Shown in pieces: positions 16,218-25,194 of a DNA stretch of 45,370 bases. The stretch comes from an uncultured bacterium (GTDB taxonomy: Bacteria > Patescibacteriota > Minisyncoccia > Phycocordibacterales > JAACPR01): positions 1 through 45,370 of the forward strand of contig CALLZK010000021.1 in NCBI GenBank assembly GCA_937858275.1. Direction: 5' to 3'. The notes under the pieces were generated by a model, which saw only the letters and a program-made list of their open reading frames with translations, was not told the origin of the DNA and ran no database searches. Positions within the stretch are counted from its first letter, which is position 1. The number at the start of each line of letters is the position of its first letter. A program made the position numbers and the translations under genes.

Positions 16218-16243
16218 TTACCAAAAAAATAATCACAACAAAT

Positions 16244-17002
16244 ATGCAACAAGAAATATTAAATTCCGCAGGACTTACCACAGAACAATCAAAGATATAC
16301 ACCACCCTATTAGAAAACGGCTCAATGCAAGCCAGAAAAATAGTCCTAAATACAGGTATAAAACGGGGATTGGTCTATAAAGCACTTGATCAATTAATAG
16401 AAATGGGTCTAGTCACCAAACACGATTCTTTAGGAAAAATAAGTGTCTTCAATCCAAATCATCCAAATTTAATTTTAAAAATTATTGAAGAAAAAAAGAA
16501 AAACCTAGAAACAATAGAGGATTCCGTAAAATCAGTTGTTGGCCAAATGACTTCTAGTTTTAATCTTTTGACCGGAAAACCAAATGTTCGATTTTATGAA
16601 GGTGAAAAAGGTTTAAAGGAAGTGCTGGACGATTCTCTGTATTCAAAATCAGAAGTTTTATCATATGCAGACCTGGAATCAATTGAGAAATTTATTCCAG
16701 AAATTAATAAAAAACATGTAGCAGATAGAAAAAAACATGGGGTAATAAAAAAGGCAATGGTTCTAGATTCTGAATTTAATAGAAAAGTAATTCAAAATTA
16801 TGACAAAGAAGTGACTAATGTTCGTTTTATGGATGTATCTGAATCAAAACCATTTCAATCACTTATGAATATTTACGATAACAAAGTTTCGTATTTGACC
16901 TTGGACACCGACAGAATGATTGGTGTAATTATAGAAGATGAACATATTGCCGAAATGCAAAGATATATTTGGGAATTTAGTTGGAAAAATGCAAAAGATT
17001 AA
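16244..17002 (+). CDS. TrmB-family transcriptional regulator (N-terminal wHTH)
   Basis: Start MQQEILNSAGLTTEQSKIYTTLLENG..TGIKRGLVYKALDQLIEMGLV; PNVRFYEGEKG; C-terminal IYDNKVSYL..GVIIEDEHIA. Confidence 0.9.
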   Translation: MQQEILNSAGLTTEQSKIYTTLLENGSMQARKIVLNTGIKRGLVYKALDQLIEMGLVTKHDSLGKISVFNPNHPNLILKIIEEKKKNLETIEDSVKSVVGQMTSSFNLLTGKPNVRFYEGEKGLKEVLDDSLYSKSEVLSYADLESIEKFIPEINKKHVADRKKHGVIKKAMVLDSEFNRKVIQNYDKEVTNVRFMDVSESKPFQSLMNIYDNKVSYLTLDTDRMIGVIIEDEHIAEMQRYIWEFSWKNAKD

Positions 17003-17090
17003 CAATCACTAAATAATATTTTATATTGCAAAAAATTTAGTAATCTATGCTAAAATACAAAAATTAACAAATTCAACAAAAATTTCAAAA

Positions 17091-17789
17091 ATGAATAATA
17101 AAATATTAATTTTTACAGACGGAGCATCAAGAGGTAATCCAGGACCTGGTGGTTGGGGTGCAATTATTGTTGAAGGAAATAACATTATAGAACTTGGTGG
17201 CGATGAAATAAAAACCACAAATAACAGAATGGAAATAATGGCCGCCTATGAAGCAATCAAAAAAACTCCTATTGGAACAAAAATAAAAATTTTTACAGAT
17301 TCGGCTTATCTAATAAACGGCATTACAAAATGGGTTTTTGGATGGATGAAAAATAATTGGCTTACAATAGAAAAAAAAGAGGTCTTAAATAAAGATTTAT
17401 GGGAAAAATTATTTAATGAAGTTCAAGACAGGGAAATACAGTGGTGTAGAGTAAAGGGGCATGCTGGAATTGATGGGAATAACAGAGCAGACAAAATTGC
17501 AACATCTTTTGGGCAAGGAGAACCAGTTAGACTTTTTCGTGGAGACAGAAGAAATTATGAAATAAATGTAAATGAACCAAACGAAGATGATTTGGCAGAA
17601 AAATCAGATCGAGATCGAAGAAGTTCAAAAGCTTATTCTTATTTATCTTTAATTGATGGGAAACTTGAAAAACACAAAACATGGGAAGATTGTAAATCAA
17701 GAGTGGATGGTGCCAAGGGTGCAAAATTTCGAAAAGCAATTTCTGCTGAGGATGAAATTGAAATAATTAAAAATTGGGGAGTTAAGTAA
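17091..17789 (+). CDS. rnhA: Ribonuclease HI with a C-terminal hybrid-binding-like (Cauli_VI/viroplasmin) domain
   Basis: FTDGASRGNPGPGGWG, TTNNRMEI, TDSAY, VKGHAG and NNRADKIA; tail HKTWEDCKSRVDGAKGAKFRK. Confidence 0.93.
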   Translation: MNNKILIFTDGASRGNPGPGGWGAIIVEGNNIIELGGDEIKTTNNRMEIMAAYEAIKKTPIGTKIKIFTDSAYLINGITKWVFGWMKNNWLTIEKKEVLNKDLWEKLFNEVQDREIQWCRVKGHAGIDGNNRADKIATSFGQGEPVRLFRGDRRNYEINVNEPNEDDLAEKSDRDRRSSKAYSYLSLIDGKLEKHKTWEDCKSRVDGAKGAKFRKAISAEDEIEIIKNWGVK

Positions 17790-17791
17790 AA

Positions 17792-19216
17792 TTATCTAAA
17801 TTGATAAAAATGAAGACCATCAGAAATTTTTATAAGCCCAATATCAACATCTTCATCAGAATTAGAAGCATTGTATCTTTTAACACTTTCAGTAAAATCG
17901 TGAGCTACTCCATAAATCATAACCTTGTGATTATCAAAACCATCCTTAGTCAAACTTTCAATTGCAAAGTCTTCTCTTTTTGATTGCAAAATATCAAATT
18001 GTTTTTTAACATAACAGATTTCATCAATTAAATCCAAAACATTAAAACCCTCTCCCAATTCAATCGTCCAAGATAATAATTTTTGTCTTAGTAAATTATA
18101 TGTTTCTAAACTGGTATTTTGAATATTTTTAAAATTAAAATCAATTAAAGTGTGTAACAGTTCAGAGCATTCTGCTTCTTTTAAACTCAATTTTTCTATA
18201 ATATTATGCAATTCATTAATTTTTTTGTTTAAATAAGTTATTTTTTCAATCCCAATTTGGTTTAGAGTCTTATCTTCAGCCGGTAAAACATCTATTTTAC
18301 CGTTAAGATATAGATGTGTTGCGGCACAATTAAAATCGGCCATTCTAACATTTTTATAAGAAGATAGCATAAGAGTTTCAAAATTTATTAAAAAATTTGA
18401 CAAATCAGAAATTCTTTCAGAAAATTGCACATCTTCTTGTGTCAATAAACGACACTCATTAGGATTTATCTCAAATCTATATTCATTTTCTGCTTTTTGT
18501 TTATATATAAAATCTCTTAATTTTTCTAAAATATCTTCTATCTTTTTTTTATCAATAACATTATCTGCAAAACCGGTATTTAATATTTTAATATACTCTT
18601 GCAAAACACCAACCACATAATCAGCATTATCAAAATCCAGTAATTCAAAATCTAATACCGTGTCTAAATATTGATTAAATTCAACAACAGCATTAATTTT
18701 ATTTTTAGAACTTTCGCTTTCAAAATACAACTTAGATTCTTCTGAAAAACCCTCATCGTAAATTTTCCCATCAGAAATTTTTGCAACATCTTCTAAAAAA
18801 ATTAAAATTTTTCTTTGCCACATGATTGGTTCAGTATTGTAAATTACATTGTTTTCTAACGGAGAAATATGTGATTGGCCAATATGAATAATGTATTTAC
18901 CCGAAGGAGAAATGTGCTTAATTTGTACAAAAAAATTATTGTCACCGATTTTATCTAAAAGTTCTTTTCCAAAAACACTTGTTAAGGCCTGCTCTTGCTG
19001 GGCTGGATAGTGTTTATTCTCGGTCTCTTCTTTTACCAAGTTTTTTATAACTGGAGCAATAGCAGTCATCAAAAAAATTGAAAGTAATGCAGATTTTTTA
19101 GATAAAATTTTTGATATTGATTCGGTTTTAAAAAACGGATTTTTAAGAAACTCTACTATTTTTGAAGAGTCCATTTTTTCTCTTTTCTCTTTTTTTGAAT
19201 TAATTTTTTCAAACAT
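17792..19216 (-). CDS. Hypothetical protein with an N-proximal hydrophobic segment; possible TraB/TIKI/EreA-like fold
   Basis: 474-aa ORF with motifs IIHIGQSH, IYDEGF and VMIYGVAHDF; the fold call is weak. Confidence 0.6.
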   Translation of the reverse strand: MFEKINSKKEKREKMDSSKIVEFLKNPFFKTESISKILSKKSALLSIFLMTAIAPVIKNLVKEETENKHYPAQQEQALTSVFGKELLDKIGDNNFFVQIKHISPSGKYIIHIGQSHISPLENNVIYNTEPIMWQRKILIFLEDVAKISDGKIYDEGFSEESKLYFESESSKNKINAVVEFNQYLDTVLDFELLDFDNADYVVGVLQEYIKILNTGFADNVIDKKKIEDILEKLRDFIYKQKAENEYRFEINPNECRLLTQEDVQFSERISDLSNFLINFETLMLSSYKNVRMADFNCAATHLYLNGKIDVLPAEDKTLNQIGIEKITYLNKKINELHNIIEKLSLKEAECSELLHTLIDFNFKNIQNTSLETYNLLRQKLLSWTIELGEGFNVLDLIDEICYVKKQFDILQSKREDFAIESLTKDGFDNHKVMIYGVAHDFTESVKRYNASNSDEDVDIGLIKISDGLHFYQFR

Positions 19217-19364
19217 ATTTTAAATTATAATAAAATAAAAAAAACAATCAAATATAACTGTTTCGCAAAGCTTTCTAAAAATCACCTAAAATCCAACTCA
19301 ATTTTTTATCAAAAAAAACTAAAATAAAAATTTGCTCAAAAAAAATTATTGAGGAAAATATTTA

Positions 19365-20678
19365 TTGGTGCAAAAAATTTTAATAATTTTGAATCAACAA
19401 AAAAAGTCTATTTTTTTATTTATTATTTTTGTTTTTGCAGTTGGAATAATTTCTTTTTTTAGGTTCAAAATAATTTTTAAAGAACCCATTTTACCAAAAT
19501 ATGCAGAGCAAAATATTTCAATTATTGGAATTATAAAAAATGAACCAGATGTTCGTGACACAACAACAAGAATAACCTTGACAGCTCTGTGGATGGAAAA
19601 TAAATATCAAAAGATATTTTTGGATGAAAAAATTATTTTGACGATACCAATTTATCCCGAAAGAAAAATCGGGGAAAAAATAAAAGTCACAGGCAAAATT
19701 TTACTTCCAAAAAATTTTCAAAACGAAAATGGAATTGAATTTGATTACATAAATTTTTTGGCAAAAGATAAAATTTACTCTTTAATGTACAGACCGAAAA
19801 TAGAAATTCTGGATGATTTAACTGATAAAAAATCTTCCGAATATTCTGTAAAATTATTTATTTTAAAAAATATTTTCAAAATCAAACAAAATTTTTTGGA
19901 AAAATTACAACAAGTTTTACCCTCGCCTGAGGCAGAATTGTTGGGTGGAATATTGCTTGGCACCAAAAGATCGCTCGGAAAAGAATTGGAAGAAAATTTT
20001 CGCAGAGTCGGACTGATTCACATAGTTGTTTTGTCTGGATACAATGTTTCAATTATCGCCGAAGGAATTTTGAGATTTTTTTCTTTTTTACCAAAAATTT
20101 TATCAGCTTCTGTCGGTGCAATTTCTATTTTAATTTTTGCAATTATGGTAGGTTCTGGAGCGACAGTTATCAGGGCAACAATTATGGCCCTTTTGGCATT
20201 GTATGCCAGGGTAACAGGAAAAAATTATGCAGTGAATCGTGCATTATTTTTGGCTGGAGCAATTATGATAATACACAATCCAATGATTTTGCTTTACGAT
20301 CCATCTTTTCAATTATCTTTTTTGGCGACACTTGGACTAATTAATTTGGGCAATATTATCAAAAAAATTTTAAAATTTATTCCAGAAAAATTTCAATTTA
20401 GAGAAATTAGTTCAGCGACAATTTCAACACAAATTGCTGTTTTACCAATGTTAATTAAAATGACTGGTGAATTATCTATTGTCTCGCCGATTGTAAATAT
20501 AATTACACTTCAGGTAATTCCAATAACTATGTTGCTTGGTTTTTTGGCTGGAGTATTTGCTTTTATCAATCAAACAATTGGATTATTTGTGGCATTTTTA
20601 CCATTTTTATTTTTAAAATATATTTTAATGATTGTAAATTTTTTTGCTGAATTGAGTTTTGCTGTGTGGGTGTTTTAA
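19365..20678 (+). CDS. comEC: ComEC/Rec2 competence channel (OB-fold/DUF4131 plus Competence domain, no MBL domain)
   Basis: GLIHIVVLSGYNV, VIRATIMA and DPSFQLSFLATLG; multiple TM segments. Confidence 0.92.
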   Translation: MVQKILIILNQQKKSIFLFIIFVFAVGIISFFRFKIIFKEPILPKYAEQNISIIGIIKNEPDVRDTTTRITLTALWMENKYQKIFLDEKIILTIPIYPERKIGEKIKVTGKILLPKNFQNENGIEFDYINFLAKDKIYSLMYRPKIEILDDLTDKKSSEYSVKLFILKNIFKIKQNFLEKLQQVLPSPEAELLGGILLGTKRSLGKELEENFRRVGLIHIVVLSGYNVSIIAEGILRFFSFLPKILSASVGAISILIFAIMVGSGATVIRATIMALLALYARVTGKNYAVNRALFLAGAIMIIHNPMILLYDPSFQLSFLATLGLINLGNIIKKILKFIPEKFQFREISSATISTQIAVLPMLIKMTGELSIVSPIVNIITLQVIPITMLLGFLAGVFAFINQTIGLFVAFLPFLFLKYILMIVNFFAELSFAVWVF

Positions 20679-20773
20679 ATTTTGATTTTCAAATAATATT
20701 TTGCACGACACTTTAACTTATTCTGAAAAATAAGAAAGTTTTTATTTTTGGAAATTAATATCAAATAAAGATA

Positions 20774-21646
20774 TTATCTGTTGGCATATGGATCTACTAT
20801 TCCAAATTTTTCAATATTTCCACCAAGAACTTCTTTTGCTTTTACAATAACATCTTTGTTTTCGGCTGAAGAAAGTAATTCATAATCAAAACCTTGTTCT
20901 GTTTCATAAATAGAAGGTGCACCATTTTCATGTGGTCTTGTTATGTCAAAAATATAAGTAGAAAATTCTTGTTCAATTTCTTCAGAATTTTCTGTTTCTT
21001 GCAAAACCGCTTGCGCTTCAAATTCTGAGCCATCTTTTATTTCAAAATTTGGTGAAGTTTTTTTGTATCTAATTACAACAAAACTATGATGCTCTGTTTC
21101 ATTTCCATAATCATCAAAAATAACAAAAGCCCCAACATAAGAACAATCTATTCCCATTTTCTGCAAAATATATTTTGCCAAAACCGCCCTTTCTCCGCAC
21201 ATTGTTTTTCCAACCATTTCTGAAAGTTTGGGAATTTTGTCTTTTGAATACATGCGGTTTCTCTCTGCTTCATTTGTCGGTTTTAGATAATCGATTTGTA
21301 AAAGTTTTTCGACTTTTTTTTGAACCTGAAAACATGCAAAGTGTAAATATGGATCTATTTGAGCATTGCAAGTTTTTAGATATTCAAAATATGCGGCTTT
21401 ATTATTTTCAAAAAAATCTTTAATGTTTTCTTCTGTAAAACCACCAAGTTCGTCGTCAAAATTTTCAAAATCAAGTTTTAATCTAAGGTTTAATTCTGAA
21501 GACGGAATAAATCCCTCGGATTCAGAACCTATTGGCAATTCTTGTCCGTTATAGACATAATCTGTCCAAACACCAAAAGGAAGTGCTTTATATTCTTCGT
21601 AATCTGGGTATTCTGTAAAATCTCTGTTGTTTCTAAATTTTTCCAT
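20774..21646 (-). CDS. Hypothetical protein with a transglutaminase/papain-like Cys-His-Asp triad
   Basis: GKTMCGERAVLAKYILQKMG (Cys), EHHSFVVI (His) and YIFDITRP (Asp). Confidence 0.6.
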   Translation of the reverse strand: MEKFRNNRDFTEYPDYEEYKALPFGVWTDYVYNGQELPIGSESEGFIPSSELNLRLKLDFENFDDELGGFTEENIKDFFENNKAAYFEYLKTCNAQIDPYLHFACFQVQKKVEKLLQIDYLKPTNEAERNRMYSKDKIPKLSEMVGKTMCGERAVLAKYILQKMGIDCSYVGAFVIFDDYGNETEHHSFVVIRYKKTSPNFEIKDGSEFEAQAVLQETENSEEIEQEFSTYIFDITRPHENGAPSIYETEQGFDYELLSSAENKDVIVKAKEVLGGNIEKFGIVDPYANR

Positions 21647-21739
21647 AAAATATAATCAAATTGATAGCGTGATTGTAGCATAAAAAAATAGCATGAAAAG
21701 GTGTTTTAAAGTGGTTCAAATTTTAGATTATTTTATAAA

Positions 21740-22891
21740 TTAATTTAAGTTTTTATTAAAAATTAGAAAATTATTCACAACATTATTTTTTATTTGAATT
21801 TTTACACTCCTCAAATTTCCATCGCTATTTTTTCCCTGATTTAAATCAGAAATGTATTTTAAATTGCCTTTATTAATTTCTAATATTTTCATATTTTTCA
21901 AAATAACAGTGTGTTTCATTCTTTTTTTATAACTTAATAAATCTTTTTTATTCATCACCTTATTCCAAAAAATAGTAACCTCATTTTTAAAGTCAGAATC
22001 TTTTTTTGTCTCATGATAAAAAACAATATACCAAAATTTACCATATTTATTTAATGCTCTTAAAAAAGACATTTTATCATTTCCTGATATAGAGCAAGTT
22101 TTATTGGAATGAGCCTTAAGATCTCCTAAATAATTATTTGAAAAATTTAAATCAAAATCTAATTCTCCATATTTTTTATTTTTAACAAAAAGACAAACAT
22201 TCTTAAAATTTGGATTTTTATTTAAAAAATTTTCAAAACTAAACTCTAGATAAAAACCAGGCCACTCAGCTTGTCCGGCATTTTTATAATTAAAATTAAA
22301 CATCTCTGAATAACATTTTATACCATTCCAGTGACGGTCAATTGAATTTGAAAATTTATCGAATAATATTATTTCTTTTGGAAGAGAAATTTTTTTATCA
22401 GAGAAAAAATTATCGATAAATTCAATTATCCCCTCTTCTTTAATTGCAACTATTTTATTTCCACGAGAGTCAATTTTCTCAAAAAAGCCATGTTCCACAG
22501 CCTTTCTTAAATCAATGGTATGAACATGAGCAGATGAATTATTTAAATTATTTTTTAAATATTTTTTTGTATCAAAAAAAACAAAAATTATATTACTTTT
22601 ATATTTATAAACTCCAATCAAGAAAGTATTTTTCTTGATCAAAAAACTTTTCCACTCTTTCGGAATTTGAATTCTTTTTTTAAAAATATTATGAGGATTA
22701 CCTAGATAAGTAATTTGCTTAACACACAAAAAGAATTTTTTATTATTTTTACTAAAACAAATAAATGGATTTCTGTCATTTATAACATTAAAATGCTTAG
22801 ATAATATTTTTTTAATATCTGGTGCAGAAATTTTTTCATCATAATCAATTATAACATTGTTATCAGAATCTATTTGTTCAACTTTTTTCAT
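21740..22891 (-). CDS. Putative type II restriction endonuclease (PD-(D/E)xK-like)
   Basis: Overlaps the C5 methylase by ATGA; EWPGFYLEF..DFDL..DLKAH; extremely AT-rich. Confidence 0.65.
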   Translation of the reverse strand: MKKVEQIDSDNNVIIDYDEKISAPDIKKILSKHFNVINDRNPFICFSKNNKKFFLCVKQITYLGNPHNIFKKRIQIPKEWKSFLIKKNTFLIGVYKYKSNIIFVFFDTKKYLKNNLNNSSAHVHTIDLRKAVEHGFFEKIDSRGNKIVAIKEEGIIEFIDNFFSDKKISLPKEIILFDKFSNSIDRHWNGIKCYSEMFNFNYKNAGQAEWPGFYLEFSFENFLNKNPNFKNVCLFVKNKKYGELDFDLNFSNNYLGDLKAHSNKTCSISGNDKMSFLRALNKYGKFWYIVFYHETKKDSDFKNEVTIFWNKVMNKKDLLSYKKRMKHTVILKNMKILEINKGNLKYISDLNQGKNSDGNLRSVKIQIKNNVVNNFLIFNKNLN

Positions 22892-24066
22892 TTATTTTTA
22901 TTAAGCATAATACTTAAGACCCTTTTTACAACTTCAACATTTACAGCATTACCCAATTGTTTTAGGGCAATATTTTTATCTTTATGTAACTTAAATTTTT
23001 GATCAAAAGACTGTAATATTTTTACCTCTTCCGGATGAGCCCTCCTCAAAAACTTTCCTATTATTTGATTATGATTCATTGCTACTAAGGTAGAAAAATA
23101 ATCTGGCCTTTTTACTCTTACACCAGATGGTCTAAATTGTATTAAAGAATCATAAATATCTTTTATATCTTTTCCTGCCTGCCACTCAAACTTTTTATGT
23201 GTTTCTTTTACCCAATCTAAATTGTTGTATTTTTTAAACCATAAATCTATATTTTTTTTATTTCTATTATATAAATCAATATTTTTTAATATGAAATCCC
23301 TTTTCCATTTTGGGGTATTTTTTGGAATGTCATTTTCACTGATTTTGAAATAATTACTCCAAACAGGAAATCCTATAACTTTTATGTCTATAATCTTATA
23401 AAAATCATTCCACATTTCAATAACACCTTTTTCATAAGTAGATATTTCAAGTAACTTTATATTGTATTTATTATTTAAAATAGAATAAGAACTTAATTTT
23501 CCTTTATTTTTTTCAGACAAAAGAGTATCGAACTTATTTTCATAATTGTCAAAATCTTTCTTGACACCCGGTATATATATTCTTTTTCTTAAAACCGGCA
23601 AACCGAACTGATTAGGGCTCAAGATAAGTGGTTTTTGTGGAATTGAATATCCTATTTTTTTTAATGTTTCAGTTATAATTTTATAAGTATTTCCATTATC
23701 GTGAGTGACTAAATTTGAAACATTTTCAAGTAAAAAGTATTTTGGTTGATGGTGTTTTAAAATTCTAACAATGTCAAAAAATAAATTTCCTCTTATGTCA
23801 TTAAACCCTTTTCTAAAACCGCCCTTTGAAAATGGCTGGCAAGGAAAACCAGCAAAGAGAATGTCGTGAGAAGGTATATTATTTTCACCTATCGTAGTTA
23901 TATCTCCGCATGGAATCATTTTGTAATTTTCAAAATATACACTCTGACAATCTACATCCATTTCTGAAGCAAAAACGCATTCACCGCCAAAATCTTTCAT
24001 TGCTTGATGAAATCCTCCGATACCAGCGAATAGATCTATAAATTTTATATTATTTTTTCTATACAT
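22888..24066 (-). CDS. DNA (cytosine-5)-methyltransferase of a type II RM system
   Basis: FIDLFAGIGGF, AGFPCQPFS, LLENV, RKRIYI and KQLGNAV; ATG at 24066 (TTG at 24072). Confidence 0.97.
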   Translation of the reverse strand: MYRKNNIKFIDLFAGIGGFHQAMKDFGGECVFASEMDVDCQSVYFENYKMIPCGDITTIGENNIPSHDILFAGFPCQPFSKGGFRKGFNDIRGNLFFDIVRILKHHQPKYFLLENVSNLVTHDNGNTYKIITETLKKIGYSIPQKPLILSPNQFGLPVLRKRIYIPGVKKDFDNYENKFDTLLSEKNKGKLSSYSILNNKYNIKLLEISTYEKGVIEMWNDFYKIIDIKVIGFPVWSNYFKISENDIPKNTPKWKRDFILKNIDLYNRNKKNIDLWFKKYNNLDWVKETHKKFEWQAGKDIKDIYDSLIQFRPSGVRVKRPDYFSTLVAMNHNQIIGKFLRRAHPEEVKILQSFDQKFKLHKDKNIALKQLGNAVNVEVVKRVLSIMLNKNK

Positions 24067-24156
24067 AAACAATCTAATTTAACACCGAAGTATAGTATAG
24101 CAAATTAAAATAAAATAATAATAAAGAAAATTTAAAATAAACCCAATATATCCAAA

Positions 24157-24744
24157 CTACCTCAAATTCCCCTCCACAACCTCCCAATTTAGATTAGTAA
24201 AAAAATCTTCTATGTATTTTCCCTTTCCGCTTGGCTGATAGTCGGCAACATATGAATGTTCCCACATATCCAAACATAAAATAGGTTCTAGTCCTATCAA
24301 ATGACCCAAATGCTGTTCATCCACCCAGCAATTCAAAAGTCTGTTAGCGCCAGTATCATGATATAAAATCGCCCATCCTGGACCACGAGTTTTTGCGATC
24401 ATTTTAAATAAATCAAGCCATTTTTCAAAACTTCCCCATTCTGCAATAATTGCTTTTTTCAAAGCACCATTTGAGATTGGTTTTGAACCACCTTCAAAAT
24501 TTGCAAAAAAATATTCGTGATTTCTCATACCATCAAACTCAAAAGAAAACCTTCTTTGTAATTCTGTAATTAAATAAATATTTTCTGCGAACGAAGGCAC
24601 ATTTGCCAAATTTTCTATTTCATTCAAAATATTATTTGTATTTTTTACATAACCTTCATACAACTTCAAATGTTCTTCGATATTTTTCGCAGAAATTCCA
24701 ACCAGTTCCGGAATATTAAATTTTTTAACTTCGTAATTTTTCAT
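24157..24744 (-). CDS. sod: Fe/Mn superoxide dismutase
   Basis: EEHLKLYEGYV, NHEYFF, RGPGWAIL and LDMWEHSY. Confidence 0.93.
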   Translation of the reverse strand: MKNYEVKKFNIPELVGISAKNIEEHLKLYEGYVKNTNNILNEIENLANVPSFAENIYLITELQRRFSFEFDGMRNHEYFFANFEGGSKPISNGALKKAIIAEWGSFEKWLDLFKMIAKTRGPGWAILYHDTGANRLLNCWVDEQHLGHLIGLEPILCLDMWEHSYVADYQPSGKGKYIEDFFTNLNWEVVEGNLR

Positions 24745-24810
24745 AAATTTGTTGTTAATTTTAAATTATAAATATTATATCACAAGAAGATTAATAAATT
24801 TTAATTATTT

Positions 24811-25092
24811 TTATAATTTATTTTGTAAAATTTTATAAGTCGAACCAGTTGCAATTAATATACACATTCCAAGCAATAAAGTCACAACAGGATGCTCGTT
24901 AAAAAAAGGAATTGAATCAAAGATATTCTGTGCCCCATGCAAAACTGCCGCTATGGCGATAACAGTTACAATTGAAAATGTTACCGGATATTTGGACAAA
25001 ACATTTTTACTTTTTTGCTGTTGTAAATCGTCAATATCTTTTATTGCTCTTTCTAAGCTCTCTAATAAATCTGGGGGTGTATTTTTTATCAT
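24811..25092 (-). CDS. Small two-TM membrane protein
   Basis: 93 aa with two hydrophobic helices; uninterrupted ORF co-oriented with its neighbours. Confidence 0.7.
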   Translation of the reverse strand: MIKNTPPDLLESLERAIKDIDDLQQQKSKNVLSKYPVTFSIVTVIAIAAVLHGAQNIFDSIPFFNEHPVVTLLLGMCILIATGSTYKILQNKL

Positions 25093-25194
25093 AACCCTAC
25101 TAATATAACACGATTTTTTGTTTTTTTAATCAATTATAATCAAACATCTTTTGAACCATTAAAATACAGTTTTGAAAATGTCACATAAAAAACA

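Noticed and set aside
16136-16243. 36-aa N-terminal extension of TrmB in the ORF track
   Set aside because: It runs through operator-like DNA; family similarity begins at MQQEIL (16244).
7908-21704. TGAAAAGGTGT recurring at about 7908, 15343 (minus) and 21694
   Set aside because: Three copies of an 11-mer in inconsistent contexts; could be chance or promoter-related, and no testable pattern emerged.
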